From IMG/VR virus record IMGVR_UViG_3300022752_000053: DNA of 64,000 nucleotides. One strand, written 5' to 3'. Position numbers and translations under genes: made by a program. Origin of the DNA: an uncultured virus (IMG/VR IMGVR_UViG_3300022752_000053). Its lineage: Duplodnaviria; Heunggongvirae; Uroviricota; Caudoviricetes. The number at the start of each line of letters is the position of its first letter. Position 1 is the stretch's first letter. Below, piece by piece: positions 1-10,683 of this stretch. Under the pieces are notes generated by a model. The model was not told the origin of the DNA, did not search any database, and was given only the letters and a program-made list of their open reading frames with translations.

Positions 1-192
1 ACCTTCACACAAAATAGTTCTGTTATGAGACATAGTGGAGTTATTATTGGAAAAAATACTTCAGGTGATGAAGGACCATCAACTATGCATGGTGGAGCAT
101 CTCCAAATATGCTTACACTTTGTATGAGAAGAGTTGATAACTCAACAAAATTAGATGTTTGGTTTGCTTTTACTTGTAAGGAATTATCGTAA
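1..192 (+). CDS. 3' end of a hypothetical protein (truncated by window start)
   Basis: Frame 1 is open from base 1 (TFTQNSSVMRHSG...FTCKELS) to TAA at 190-192. Confidence 0.6.
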   Translation, partial: TFTQNSSVMRHSGVIIGKNTSGDEGPSTMHGGASPNMLTLCMRRVDNSTKLDVWFAFTCKELS

Positions 193-269
193 ATAGTAAT
201 AATTACTTCTATGAATGTTATTGAGAACTTGTAAAGTAATAAATAACTAATAAATGTATTATACGAGTA

Positions 270-827
270 ATGACGCATAGACCAGTTGGTATTGCAACCA
301 CAATTGCTATTAATGCAACATCATCTGCATCTCCAGCATTTTCGGTGCAGTCAAATGTATTGAGATTGGTTACTGTTGGTAATGGAGCACATGTGGCAAT
401 CGGAACTAATCCAACTGCCACAACAAATGATTATTATATTCCTGCAGGACAAAGTGCAACTCTTTCAATTGCTCCTGTAAATTCAAACATCATTGCTGGA
501 GTGACTACGGGAACAACAACTACAATTGATTTTATTGAGGGCACTGCAAGTCCATTTGAACCTGGAGATTGTGTCACCTTGACTTGCTCAGATCAGTCTT
601 ATTATAACATTTCACATGTTGCTGTAACAGCAGTAAATAGAACTTCTGATTACACTGGATATTATTCTGAAAGAATTATATTGGGATATAATTCAAGCGG
701 AATTGCAACTGCATACACATCAACTGTTGGCACTTTAAGAAAATCTCTTAAAGTGGCAGCAAGAACTGATACTGCCACTGCTGCAGTTTTACATCTCCAA
801 CAAGTCCAAATTACGAGCCAAGCATAA
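270..827 (+). CDS. Hypothetical, probable virion structural protein
   Basis: Thr/Ala/Ser-rich 185-aa ORF after late promoter ATAAATA (~239), directly upstream of gp21. Confidence 0.55.
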   Translation: MTHRPVGIATTIAINATSSASPAFSVQSNVLRLVTVGNGAHVAIGTNPTATTNDYYIPAGQSATLSIAPVNSNIIAGVTTGTTTTIDFIEGTASPFEPGDCVTLTCSDQSYYNISHVAVTAVNRTSDYTGYYSERIILGYNSSGIATAYTSTVGTLRKSLKVAARTDTATAAVLHLQQVQITSQA

Positions 828-828
828 A

Positions 829-1479
829 ATGAAACTTATCAGAGAAGAAATCGAATCAGTAGAGTTTATCGTTGAAAGTCACAACGGTAAGAAATCACTT
901 TATATTGAAGGTGTTTTTCTTCAAGGTGATATTCGAAATCGTAATGGTCGTATGTATCCAATGGAAGTATTGCGTCGTGAAGTTTCTAGATATAATGAAA
1001 ATCATGTTCAATCTGGAAGAGCTCTTGGTGAGTTGGGTCATCCAGATGGTCCTACCGTCAATCTTGACCGAGTTTCCCATAAAATTGTTTCACTCAAAGA
1101 AAGTGGCACTAATTTTATTGGTAAGGCAAAGATTCTTTCAACACCAATGGGTAAGATTGCAGAATCACTTATCAATGATGGCGTAAAACTTGGTGTTTCT
1201 TCTCGTGGCATAGGATCTCTTCAACTTACTCGTGAAGGAATCAATGTTGTTGGTGAAGATTTTATGCTTGCAACTGCTGCAGATATTGTAGCAGACCCAT
1301 CTGCTCCTGATGCATTTGTATCGGGAATTATGGAAGGAAAAGAGTGGGTATGGGATGGTGGCATTCTCCGCGAGAAGTATGCATCCAAAACTTATGCAAG
1401 AATTAATACTCTTGTAACACAAAAGAAACTTGAAGAGAATAAATTGAATCTCTTCAACGATTTTCTCGCAAATCTTTAA
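829..1479 (+). CDS. gp21: Prohead core protease gp21
   Basis: NRNGRMYP, ALGELGHP, GVSSRGIGS, DIVADPSAPDA motifs of T4 gp21. Confidence 0.97.
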   Translation: MKLIREEIESVEFIVESHNGKKSLYIEGVFLQGDIRNRNGRMYPMEVLRREVSRYNENHVQSGRALGELGHPDGPTVNLDRVSHKIVSLKESGTNFIGKAKILSTPMGKIAESLINDGVKLGVSSRGIGSLQLTREGINVVGEDFMLATAADIVADPSAPDAFVSGIMEGKEWVWDGGILREKYASKTYARINTLVTQKKLEENKLNLFNDFLANL

Positions 1480-1527
1480 ATTATAAATAAATATAGATTA
1501 AAACTAGAGGTTAATCGGAGAGTTCAA

Positions 1528-2682
1528 ATGTCTCGTGGAGATTTACAAGAAATGGAAGTAGGCACTAAGCAATCCAGAACTGCTGTGAATGCGAACGCTA
1601 AAGCGGCAGAACCAATGCCAAAACTTACTACTGGAGGCGCTGGTGTAAGTTGGGAAGACCTTGGAGGTCCTACCCCAGAAAATTATAAATCAGATGATGA
1701 TTCAGCAAAACTAAAAACCCCAGGTGCAACACTCAAGCAAGTCAGAGATGTTGTCAATAAAGGTGCCAAAGGTGCTGATGCAATGAAAGGTCTTAATAAA
1801 GAAGATTCTGATTATGATGAAGATGAATCTCTGTTAGCAGAAGAGGAAGAAGAAAAGGAAAATAGTAAAAAAGACCAAAAAGAAGATAAGAAGGAATATG
1901 GTAAAAAGAAACCTTCTAAATCTGAAGAAGATGATAAGGATGATGAAGATATGGAAGAAGAGTATGACATCGAAAGTGATGTCAATGCTCTAGTTGGTGG
2001 AGAAGATCTTTCAGAAGAATTTAGAGAAAAAGCAAAGACCATCTTTGAAGCTGCTCTAAAATCCAAAGTTAATGAAATTAAAGAAGCTCTTGAAATTCAA
2101 TATACTGAAAGACTTAATGAAGAAATTGAAGAAATTAAAGAAGAATTTCAGGATAGAGTTGATTCTTACTTAGAATATGTTTCTGAAGAGTGGGTAGAAG
2201 AGAATCAACTTGCCATCGAGCATGGTCTTAAGACTGAAATGACCGAATCATTCCTTCAAGGAATGAGAGGTCTTTTTGAAGCACATTATGTATCAATCCC
2301 TGAAGATAAATATGATGTCCTCAATAGTATGGTAAACAAACTTGATGAAATGGAAACAAAACTCAACGAACAAATTGAAAGAAATATTTCTCTGAATAAG
2401 AGACTGGCAGAATCAGTTGCTGATGGGATTGTAAGCGATGTTTCTGAGGGTCTAACGATTACTCAGAAAGAAAAACTCGCTTCTCTTGCTGAAAATGTTG
2501 AGTTTGAGGGTGAATCCGATTTTCGTGAAAAGGTTGAAACTCTGAAGGAATCTTATTTCCCAAGAGTGTCAAATCAAAACAGAAGTTCAGACAATTTAAA
2601 TGAAGGTGTAGAAAGCCATCCAGAATATACTGGAAGCATGGCAACATATTTAAATGCTCTGTCTGCTGTAGTTAAAAAATGA
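1528..2682 (+). CDS. gp22: Prohead core scaffold protein gp22
   Basis: Acidic coiled coil, AKTIFEAA and VDSYLEYV motifs; lies between gp21 and gp23. Confidence 0.93.
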   Translation: MSRGDLQEMEVGTKQSRTAVNANAKAAEPMPKLTTGGAGVSWEDLGGPTPENYKSDDDSAKLKTPGATLKQVRDVVNKGAKGADAMKGLNKEDSDYDEDESLLAEEEEEKENSKKDQKEDKKEYGKKKPSKSEEDDKDDEDMEEEYDIESDVNALVGGEDLSEEFREKAKTIFEAALKSKVNEIKEALEIQYTERLNEEIEEIKEEFQDRVDSYLEYVSEEWVEENQLAIEHGLKTEMTESFLQGMRGLFEAHYVSIPEDKYDVLNSMVNKLDEMETKLNEQIERNISLNKRLAESVADGIVSDVSEGLTITQKEKLASLAENVEFEGESDFREKVETLKESYFPRVSNQNRSSDNLNEGVESHPEYTGSMATYLNALSAVVKK

Positions 2683-2729
2683 ATTTAAGATTATAAAAAA
2701 AACCACAAACAAAAACAAGGTAAAAACAA

Positions 2730-4145
2730 ATGTTGGAAAACATTAATCAAATTCAAGAGAAGTGGAAGCCACTTCTAGATTATGATGGTCTCGATACAAT
2801 CAGAGATCCCCATCGTAGAGCAGTAACTGCTGCCCTTCTTGAAAACCAAGAAAAATTCCTCAAGGAAGAAAGAGCTTTCATGTATGAGTCTCCAGTGGGA
2901 CTCTATGAATCTCCAACCATGTCAGGTAATGCTGCTGGTGCTTCAGGTGGATTTAGTGGTTCAGCTGGTGCCACAGGTCCTGTTGCTGGTTTCGATCCAG
3001 TTTTGATTTCACTGATTAGACGCTCAATGCCTAATCTGGTTGCTTATGATCTTGCTGGTGTGCAACCAATGAATGGTCCTACTGGACTTATCTTTGCAAT
3101 GCGCTCTAGATACACCAACCAGTCTGGTTCTGAAGCATTTTTCAACGAAGTTGATACTGCATTCTCTGGCGAAAACGCATCATTCAGTGCAACTGCAGGT
3201 TTCTCTTCTGTTACCTCCGGTTTTGGTACTACTGCTCAACAAGGCACAAACCCTGGTCTTCTTAATCCAGAAGCAAGTCAGGCACAAAATACCTACTCTA
3301 CTGGTCAGGGTATGGTAACTGGTGACTCAGAAAACCTTGGCGTTGCTTCTGGTCCTCAGTTTAACGAAATGGCTTTCTCAATCGAGAAGGTTACTGTTAC
3401 TGCGAAGTCAAGAGCACTCAAGGCTGAGTATTCACTTGAGCTCGCACAAGACCTCAAGGCAATTCATGGTTTGAATGCTGAAGCGGAATTGGCAAACATT
3501 CTCTCAACAGAGATTCTTGCTGAAATCAACCGCGAAGTTATTCGTACCATCTATAAGGTTGCTGAATCTGGTGCTGCTGTTGGTACTGCCAACGCTGGCA
3601 CATTCGACCTCGATGTTGACTCCAACGGTCGTTGGTCAGTTGAGAAGTTCAAGGGTCTTCTTTTCCAAATCGAGCGTGATGCCAACGCAATCGCACAAAG
3701 AACTCGTAGAGGAAAGGGTAACATCATCATGTGCTCTGCTGACGTTGCTTCAGCATTGACCATGGCTGGTGTGCTTGACTACACCCCTGCACTCAACGCT
3801 AACCTCAACGTTGATGACACTGGCAATACTTTTGCTGGCACCATTAACGGCAAGTATCGCGTTTATATTGACCCATATGCTGCTAACGTAGCATCCACCC
3901 ACTACTATGTGGTTGGTTATAAGGGCACTTCACCTTATGACGCAGGTATCTTCTACTGCCCTTACATTCCTCTCCAAATGGTTCGTGCCGTTGGTGAAAA
4001 CACCTTCCAACCAAAAATCGGGTTTAAGACTCGTTATGGTATGGTTGCTAACCCATTTGCTGCTGGCACAACTCAGGGCATGGGTGGTCTGTATCCTAAT
4101 GCAAACCGTTACTACAGACGTGTTGCTGTTACCAACCTTATGTGA
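2730..4145 (+). CDS. gp23: Major capsid protein gp23
   Basis: GVQPMNGPTGLIFAMR, KSRALKAEYS, FQPKIGFKTRYG motifs. Confidence 0.99.
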   Translation: MLENINQIQEKWKPLLDYDGLDTIRDPHRRAVTAALLENQEKFLKEERAFMYESPVGLYESPTMSGNAAGASGGFSGSAGATGPVAGFDPVLISLIRRSMPNLVAYDLAGVQPMNGPTGLIFAMRSRYTNQSGSEAFFNEVDTAFSGENASFSATAGFSSVTSGFGTTAQQGTNPGLLNPEASQAQNTYSTGQGMVTGDSENLGVASGPQFNEMAFSIEKVTVTAKSRALKAEYSLELAQDLKAIHGLNAEAELANILSTEILAEINREVIRTIYKVAESGAAVGTANAGTFDLDVDSNGRWSVEKFKGLLFQIERDANAIAQRTRRGKGNIIMCSADVASALTMAGVLDYTPALNANLNVDDTGNTFAGTINGKYRVYIDPYAANVASTHYYVVGYKGTSPYDAGIFYCPYIPLQMVRAVGENTFQPKIGFKTRYGMVANPFAAGTTQGMGGLYPNANRYYRRVAVTNLM

Positions 4146-4167
4146 GTCTTTCTCACAAAGTTTCTCA

Positions 4168-4197
4168 AGAGGGTCCCGAAAGGGCCCTCTTTTTTTT
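4168..4197 (+). terminator. Intrinsic terminator after gp23
   Basis: AGAGGGTCCC-GAAA-GGGCCCTCT hairpin followed by a T-run. Confidence 0.9.
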
Positions 4198-4214
4198 ATC
4201 TAAATAATTCAAAA

Positions 4215-4781
4215 ATGCCAAAGTTTAATCCATATAAAAGACAAATAAAAAATAGAAATTTCTTAAATCCAACTGGGTTTAAGTTTATGTTGGCAAATTA
4301 CCCGCAGGTTGATTTCTTTTCAAACGAAGCAAATTTACCAGGAATCACTTTAGGAACTGCAGTTCAACCAACGTATTTGAAAGATATTGATATTCCAGGT
4401 GATAAATTAACTTATGAAGATTTTTCACTTCGGTTTATTGTTGACGAAGATATGGAAAATTATACTCAGATTCACAATTGGATGAGAGGACTTGGATATC
4501 CAGAAAGTATTGAAGAAATAGCAAATTTAAAATTGGAAAATGATTATAATCCACCAACAATCAAAAATACAGATATTCAATATTATTCAGATGGAACTTT
4601 AGAAATTTTAGATAGTAATCAGAATCCAAGATTTTTAGTTAAATTTTCTCAACTTTTTCCAATATCTTTGACAACTTTAACATTTGATGCTACTGCCACC
4701 GACATAAATTACTTTACAGCAGAGGCAACTTTCAAGTATACTTTATACAATATCACCGACACCTTTAATAATAGAGTATGA
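4215..4781 (+). CDS. gp3: Tail completion / sheath stabiliser gp3
   Basis: NFLNPTGFKF, ANLPGITLG, PGDKLTYEDF..RFIVDEDMENY; usual position after gp23. Confidence 0.88.
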   Translation: MPKFNPYKRQIKNRNFLNPTGFKFMLANYPQVDFFSNEANLPGITLGTAVQPTYLKDIDIPGDKLTYEDFSLRFIVDEDMENYTQIHNWMRGLGYPESIEEIANLKLENDYNPPTIKNTDIQYYSDGTLEILDSNQNPRFLVKFSQLFPISLTTLTFDATATDINYFTAEATFKYTLYNITDTFNNRV

Positions 4782-5209
4782 ATTTAGAATTGATTCAAAA
4801 AATGTGGACAGAAGATTCTATCATTGACAGAGATAATCTTCATGAAGAATCACTTAAAATACCACAACTACATGCAAAATATTATGAATTATACAACAAT
4901 ATAATTTTATTAAAAACAAGAGCAGAGCAACAAAGAAAAAATATTCGCCACGAAAGATTTGAATATTATTCAGGAAAAGCAGATCCAGATGTTTATGTTG
5001 AAAATCCTTTTCCCAAAAAAATAAGAGATAAAGACACACTTCAAAAATATCTTGATGCTGACGAAAAACTTTCCGAAATAAGTCTTAAAATTAACTACTA
5101 TGAAACTCTTATAAATTACTTACAGGACATTATTAAGGTAATTGTAAATCGCACTTATCAAATTAAGAATGCCGTGGAATTTATGAAGTTTCAAGCTGGT
5201 TATGGTTGA
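4778..5209 (+). CDS. uvsY: Recombination mediator UvsY
   Basis: ESLKIPQLHAKY, YLDADEKL, RTYQIKNAVEF; directly upstream of uvsW. Confidence 0.9.
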   Translation: MNLELIQKMWTEDSIIDRDNLHEESLKIPQLHAKYYELYNNIILLKTRAEQQRKNIRHERFEYYSGKADPDVYVENPFPKKIRDKDTLQKYLDADEKLSEISLKINYYETLINYLQDIIKVIVNRTYQIKNAVEFMKFQAGYG

Positions 5210-6665
5210 TATCAAAATTGCAAAGAAAAACGAAATTTATATTAAACTAATATGTGAAACACATATCCTATATGAGTTTGCCTCACATTTTACATTTGAA
5301 GTGCCTGGGGCAAAATTTATGCCTCAGTATAGGGGAAAACATTGGAATGGGGAAATAAGACTCCTATCGACACATACTGGAGAAATTTATTGTGGTCTTC
5401 TCGATAAGGTTATTTCTTTATGTGAACAGTATAATTACACTTACGAATTTGAGGAAAATAAATTTTATGGTTTACCATTTGAGGTAAATGAATTTATTTC
5501 TGAAGAAGGAACTAAAGATTATATTAAGTCAATTTGCAATCTAGATCCAAGAGACTATCAGATTTCTGGAGTATATGATGCTTTAAAGCATAATAGAAAG
5601 TTATTGATAAGTCCCACTGGGTCAGGAAAAAGTCTGATGATTTACGCTTTAACGCGATACTATACGGATAAAGGGAAAAAAACACTTTTAATTGTTCCAA
5701 CGACCAGTCTAGTGGAACAAATGTATGAGGATTTTCGATCTTATGGTTGGAATGTTGAATCATACTGCCACAAAATTTATTCTGGAAGAGAAAAAGAAAG
5801 TGATATGCCAGTTATAATTACAACTTGGCAATCTATCTATAAGTTGGAGAGATCTTTTTATAAAGATTATGAGGTAGTAATTGGAGATGAAGCTCATCTA
5901 TTTAAATCCAAATCTCTAATTTCAATTATGACTAAGCTTGATAATGCAAAATATAGATTTGGATTTACTGGCACATTGGATGGTAGTCAAACTCATAAAT
6001 GGGTTTTGGAAGGATTATTTGGACCATCTTATAAAATTACAAGAACTCACGAATTGATGGAAAAGGGACATCTTTCCAAACTTAATATTAATGTTTTATT
6101 ACTTAAACATAAGGAGCAGAAATTTGAAACTTATGAAGATGAAATTCAATATCTAATTCAACATGAAAAAAGAAATAAATTTATCTGCAATTTAGCAATC
6201 GATTTAAAAGGAAATAGTTTAATTCTTTATAGTAGAGTTGAAACTCATGGTGCTCTTCTATATGAAATGATAAATAATAAAGTAAATGACAATAGAAAAA
6301 TATTTTTTGTTCATGGTGGAGTAGATGCTGAAGAAAGGGAAAGAGTTAGAACAATTACTGAGCAAGAAAATAATGCTATTATTGTTGCATCTTACGGAAC
6401 CTTTTCAACAGGAATCAATATTAAAAATCTTCACAATGTGGTATTTGCTTCTCCAAGTAAATCACGAATACGAAATTTACAAAGCATTGGTAGAGTTTTA
6501 AGAAAGGGGAAAGATAAAACGGGTGCAATACTTTATGATATTGCTGATGATATTAGCACCAAAACTAGAAAAAACTACACCCTTAATCATTTAATTGAGA
6601 GAATTAAAATTTACAATGAAGAAAATTTTGAATATGAATTAATTCACGTTAAGTTAGAAAAATGA
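5202..6665 (+). CDS. uvsW: DNA helicase UvsW
   Basis: SF2 motifs SPTGSGKS, DEAH, GFTGT, LQSIGRVLR. Confidence 0.96.
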   Translation: MVDIKIAKKNEIYIKLICETHILYEFASHFTFEVPGAKFMPQYRGKHWNGEIRLLSTHTGEIYCGLLDKVISLCEQYNYTYEFEENKFYGLPFEVNEFISEEGTKDYIKSICNLDPRDYQISGVYDALKHNRKLLISPTGSGKSLMIYALTRYYTDKGKKTLLIVPTTSLVEQMYEDFRSYGWNVESYCHKIYSGREKESDMPVIITTWQSIYKLERSFYKDYEVVIGDEAHLFKSKSLISIMTKLDNAKYRFGFTGTLDGSQTHKWVLEGLFGPSYKITRTHELMEKGHLSKLNINVLLLKHKEQKFETYEDEIQYLIQHEKRNKFICNLAIDLKGNSLILYSRVETHGALLYEMINNKVNDNRKIFFVHGGVDAEERERVRTITEQENNAIIVASYGTFSTGINIKNLHNVVFASPSKSRIRNLQSIGRVLRKGKDKTGAILYDIADDISTKTRKNYTLNHLIERIKIYNEENFEYELIHVKLEK

Positions 6666-7054
6666 TAGAAGATGACTTTTACGCAACAGTAAAATTAAAA
6701 ACAAGCGAAGAAATCTTCTGTATTGTTGCTGCATCAGAAGAGGAAGATAGAACTATACTTTTAATTTCTAATCCAATTGTAATAACTGAAATAAAAGGAA
6801 AATCAACTACAGTTGGATATAAGGTAGAGCCATGGTTAAAGACAACTACAGATGATATGTTTTTTATTAATCTTGATGATGTCTTAACCTTAACTGAATG
6901 CTCAGATATTGAAATGATTAGTTTGCATCAAGATTACGTTAGACAACTGAATAAGATGAATGATAATCATAGCAAACTAACTAGAGAAATGGGATACCTA
7001 TCAACTATTGATGATGCAAAACAAATCCTAGAGAACCTCTATAAGAATCATTAG
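6662..7054 (+). CDS. Hypothetical protein
   Basis: 130-aa ORF overlapping the uvsW stop codon. Confidence 0.7.
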   Translation: MIEDDFYATVKLKTSEEIFCIVAASEEEDRTILLISNPIVITEIKGKSTTVGYKVEPWLKTTTDDMFFINLDDVLTLTECSDIEMISLHQDYVRQLNKMNDNHSKLTREMGYLSTIDDAKQILENLYKNH

Positions 7055-7090
7055 TACTTAATATTATGCTTTTCAACCTCCACAAAGGTA

Positions 7091-7119
7091 ATTATACACA
7101 TATTCCAATACCTTGTCAA
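7091..7119 (-). promoter_or_regulatory. Consensus sigma70 promoter on the minus strand
   Basis: Reverse complement reads TTGACA-17 nt-TATAAT. Confidence 0.7.
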
Positions 7120-7141
7120 GAGGCATTAAAGGTGTTATAAT
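7113..7141 (+). promoter_or_regulatory. Sigma70-type promoter for gp55
   Basis: TTGTCA-17 nt-TATAAT. Confidence 0.75.
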
Positions 7142-7168
7142 ATCTACATAATTAGGTAAATACTTAAA

Positions 7169-7663
7169 ATGATTACGACTACAGTTATGACCAAGAAGAA
7201 AAGGTCAGAGCATTACGTTAATAATAAAGAATTTTTGATTGCTATGGTCGAGTATAAGAAACTCGTAGCAAATGCATTGGAACGTGGTGATCCAAAACCA
7301 CAAATTCCAAGATACATTGGAGAATGTTTTTTGAAGATTGCAAATCATTTATCATTTAAACCAAATTTTGTCAATTATATGTTTAAGGATGATATGATTT
7401 GTGATGGTATTGAAAATTGTGTAAGATACATTAATAATTTTGATCCTGAAAAATCTCAGAATCCTTTTGCATATTTTACTCAAATTATTCATTATGCTTT
7501 TTTGAGAAGAATACAACAAGAAAAAAAGCAATTAGAAATTAAAAATAAAATTTTAGAAAGAACCGGATTTACCGAAGTTTTTTCGGATGATGGGGTTGAC
7601 GGACTTAATAATTCGGACTACAATAGCATTAAAGACGCGGTTTACTCCAAACTCAGATCCTAA
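7169..7663 (+). CDS. gp55: Late-transcription sigma factor gp55
   Basis: HYVNNKEF, YMFKDDMICDGIENC, NPFAYFTQI. Confidence 0.96.
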   Translation: MITTTVMTKKKRSEHYVNNKEFLIAMVEYKKLVANALERGDPKPQIPRYIGECFLKIANHLSFKPNFVNYMFKDDMICDGIENCVRYINNFDPEKSQNPFAYFTQIIHYAFLRRIQQEKKQLEIKNKILERTGFTEVFSDDGVDGLNNSDYNSIKDAVYSKLRS

Positions 7664-8697
7664 TGAAAGTCGCAATTATTACTGACACTCATTATGGTTG
7701 TCGAAAAGGCTCTAAACTTTTTCAAGACTATTTTGAGGCATTTTATAAAAACATCTTCTTTCCAAAATTAAAAGAAGAAGGAATTACTACAGTATTGCAT
7801 CTTGGAGATGCTTTTGATAGTCGTAAGTCAATTGATTATCAAAGTTTAGAATGGACAAAAAGAGTTGTGCTAGACCCCCTCTCTTCTTATGACGTTCATA
7901 TGCTGGTGGGAAATCATGATGCATATTATAAGAATACTAATAGTGTAAATTCTCCTTCACTTCTTCTTCAAAACTATTCAAATATTAAAACTTATAGTGA
8001 TCCAGAAGTAGTTAAAATTGACAATCTAAACGTCCTTTTTATTCCTTGGATATGTGCTGATAATGAGGAAAAAACTTTACGCTTAATTAAAAACAGTGAT
8101 TGTAAAGTTGCAATGGGGCATTTAGAATTAAATGGTTTCCAAGCTTATCTTGGACATACAATGGATGACGGAATGGATTCTGTTGTGTTTGATGGGTTTA
8201 CGAAAGTATTTTCTGGACATTATCATACTCGATCAAATAACGGAACAGTATTTTATCTGGGTAATCCTTATGAAATGTTTTGGAATGATGTAAATGATAC
8301 TCGTGGGTTTCATATTTTTGATACGGAAACCTTAGAGCATACTCCAGTTGATAATCCATATAAGATGTATCATATCATCTATTATGAAGATACTAATTAT
8401 CAGACATTTGATACAAGAAAATATGATGGGAAAATTGTAAAAATAATAGTTCGTAAAAAATCAAATTTGGAAAAGTTTGAGAAATTTACAGACAAACTAT
8501 ATCTGTCTGGAGTTTCCGAACTTAAGATTGTTGAGAATTTTCAACTACAAGAAAGTGAAAATTTTGAAATTTCTGAGTCTGAAGATACTCTTTCTATTCT
8601 TGATAGATATGTTGACGAATCTGAAATATCAATGGATAAATCATCAATTAAGGGGTTGATGCGAACGATATATCAAGAGGCTTGTGAGTTGGTTTGA
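7663..8697 (+). CDS. gp47: Recombination endonuclease subunit gp47 (Mre11/SbcD-like)
   Basis: Metallophosphoesterase motifs DTHYG, LGDAFD, GNHD, SGHYH. Confidence 0.95.
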   Translation: MKVAIITDTHYGCRKGSKLFQDYFEAFYKNIFFPKLKEEGITTVLHLGDAFDSRKSIDYQSLEWTKRVVLDPLSSYDVHMLVGNHDAYYKNTNSVNSPSLLLQNYSNIKTYSDPEVVKIDNLNVLFIPWICADNEEKTLRLIKNSDCKVAMGHLELNGFQAYLGHTMDDGMDSVVFDGFTKVFSGHYHTRSNNGTVFYLGNPYEMFWNDVNDTRGFHIFDTETLEHTPVDNPYKMYHIIYYEDTNYQTFDTRKYDGKIVKIIVRKKSNLEKFEKFTDKLYLSGVSELKIVENFQLQESENFEISESEDTLSILDRYVDESEISMDKSSIKGLMRTIYQEACELV

Positions 8698-8966
8698 TGT
8701 TTATACTTACAATTAACGGAAGAGAGCGGGAAGGTGCATATTCTGTTATTGATGAAGATGGTGATAAAATTTTATATCTTTTTGAAGAGGAAGATGATGC
8801 AGTAAGATATGCTCTTTTATTGGAAGAAGATGGTTATCCAGAAATGCATGTAATTGAAATTGAAAGTGATTTAATGATAAAAACTTGTAAATTGTATGGA
8901 TATCGATATTCAATTATTACTCAAAATGACATTGTAATTCCACCTAACGATAATGATTTTATTTAA
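8697..8966 (+). CDS. Hypothetical protein
   Basis: Acidic ORF with LFEEEDDAVRYALLL, between gp47 and gp46. Confidence 0.7.
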   Translation: MFILTINGREREGAYSVIDEDGDKILYLFEEEDDAVRYALLLEEDGYPEMHVIEIESDLMIKTCKLYGYRYSIITQNDIVIPPNDNDFI

Positions 8967-10683
8967 AAAAATTCGCTGGCGTAATCTTTTAAGTACTGGT
9001 AATCAGTTTACTGAGGTTAATTTTCTAGAAAATAAAACTAATTTAATTGTTGGCACAAATGGAGCTGGAAAGAGTACAGTTTTGGATGCTCTTACCTTTT
9101 CTTTATTTGGAAAACCATTTCGTAAAATTAATAAACCACAACTTATCAACACCGTCAATGAAAAGGATTGTATTGTTGAAGTTGAGTTTTTGATTGGAAC
9201 CACTGAATGGAAAGTTATTCGTGGTATTAAACCAAATATTTTTGAAATTCATCGTAACGGTGAAGTATTGGATCAAGCATCTGCTTCAGTAGATCAGCAG
9301 AAATGGTTAGAGCAAACAGTTATTAAGATGAATTATAAATCTTTTACTCAGATTGTAATTCTGGGTTCTAGCACATTTGTTCCCTTTATGCAACTTCCTG
9401 CAGCTCATCGTAGAGAAGTGATTGAGGATCTTTTGGATATTAAGATCTTTTCCTCTATGAATACTGTAATCAAGGAAAAGATTCGTCAAATTCGTGATGA
9501 AGTAAAGACTTTGCAACTTAAGAAAGAGTCTCTCTTTGATAAGGTTGAAATGCAAAAGAACTTTATTGGGGAATTGGAAAATAGGGGAAATGCTAATATA
9601 AATGCCAATAAAGAAAAGATTACTAATTTGATGAATGAAGTTGGTGATTATATTCAGCAGAATTCTTCTCTTGAAGAAAATATAATCAAACGCACAAAGG
9701 AGCAAGAGCAAGTTACTGGGGCAACAGATAAACTTCGTAAGTTAGGAAACCTGAAAGGTAAAATCTCTCAAAAAGTATCAACGATTACTGAAGAGCATAA
9801 GTTTTTTACAGAAAATACGGTATGCCCTACTTGCACTCAGGATATTGATGAAAGATTTCGCCTAGATAGAATTGCAGATGCTCAAAATAAAGCAAAGGAA
9901 TTGCAGTCTGGTTATAAAGAACTGGAAGATGCAATTAGAGGTGAGGAAAAGCGAGAGCATCAATTTACGATTATTTCTAAGGAGATTACAAAATTCACCC
10001 ATGAAATTTCTCAGAACAATACTAAAATCTCTGGATGTCAAAGACAAATCAGAGACCTTGAATCGGAAATTCAAACAATTGCCAATCAACTTGAAAACCG
10101 AAATACTGAGCATGAGAAGTTAGAATCTTTTAGGGAAAGTCTTCAAAAAACTTATGATGAACTGGCAACCAAGAAAGATTCTATTAGTTATTATGATTTT
10201 GCTTTCAGTTTATTGAAGGATGGTGGAGTCAAATCCAAAATCATTAAGAAGTATCTTCCCCTGATTAATCAGCAGGTAAATCGTTATCTTCAGATGATGG
10301 ACTTCTATATTAACTTCACTCTTGATGAGGAATTTAACGAAACTGTTCAATCACCGATTCATGAAGATTTCTCTTATGCTTCTTTTAGTGAAGGTGAAAA
10401 AATGAGAATTGATTTGGCTCTTCTCTTTACTTGGAGAGAAGTTGCAAGAATGAAGAACTCTGTGAATACAAATCTTCTAATTATGGATGAGGTATTTGAT
10501 AGTTCACTTGATGGATTTGGGACAGAAGAGTTTCTCAAGATTATCAAATATGTTATAAAGGATGCAAACATTTTTGTTATCTCTCATAAGACTGGTTTAG
10601 AGGACAAATTCCAAAGTGTCCTCCGATTTGAGAAAGTCAAGGGTTTTAGTCGTATGATGTCCCCACAAACACAAGAACCATGA
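8953..10683 (+). CDS. gp46: Recombination ATPase gp46 (Rad50/SbcC-like)
   Basis: GTNGAGKST, zinc hook CPTC, FSEGEK, LLIMDEVFD. Confidence 0.96.
   Translation: MILFKKIRWRNLLSTGNQFTEVNFLENKTNLIVGTNGAGKSTVLDALTFSLFGKPFRKINKPQLINTVNEKDCIVEVEFLIGTTEWKVIRGIKPNIFEIHRNGEVLDQASASVDQQKWLEQTVIKMNYKSFTQIVILGSSTFVPFMQLPAAHRREVIEDLLDIKIFSSMNTVIKEKIRQIRDEVKTLQLKKESLFDKVEMQKNFIGELENRGNANINANKEKITNLMNEVGDYIQQNSSLEENIIKRTKEQEQVTGATDKLRKLGNLKGKISQKVSTITEEHKFFTENTVCPTCTQDIDERFRLDRIADAQNKAKELQSGYKELEDAIRGEEKREHQFTIISKEITKFTHEISQNNTKISGCQRQIRDLESEIQTIANQLENRNTEHEKLESFRESLQKTYDELATKKDSISYYDFAFSLLKDGGVKSKIIKKYLPLINQQVNRYLQMMDFYINFTLDEEFNETVQSPIHEDFSYASFSEGEKMRIDLALLFTWREVARMKNSVNTNLLIMDEVFDSSLDGFGTEEFLKIIKYVIKDANIFVISHKTGLEDKFQSVLRFEKVKGFSRMMSPQTQEP

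Noticed and set aside
1795..1975. Purine-rich low-complexity stretch and Ser-rich antisense ORF 1812-2066
   Set aside because: Explained by the Glu/Asp/Lys-rich linker of gp22.
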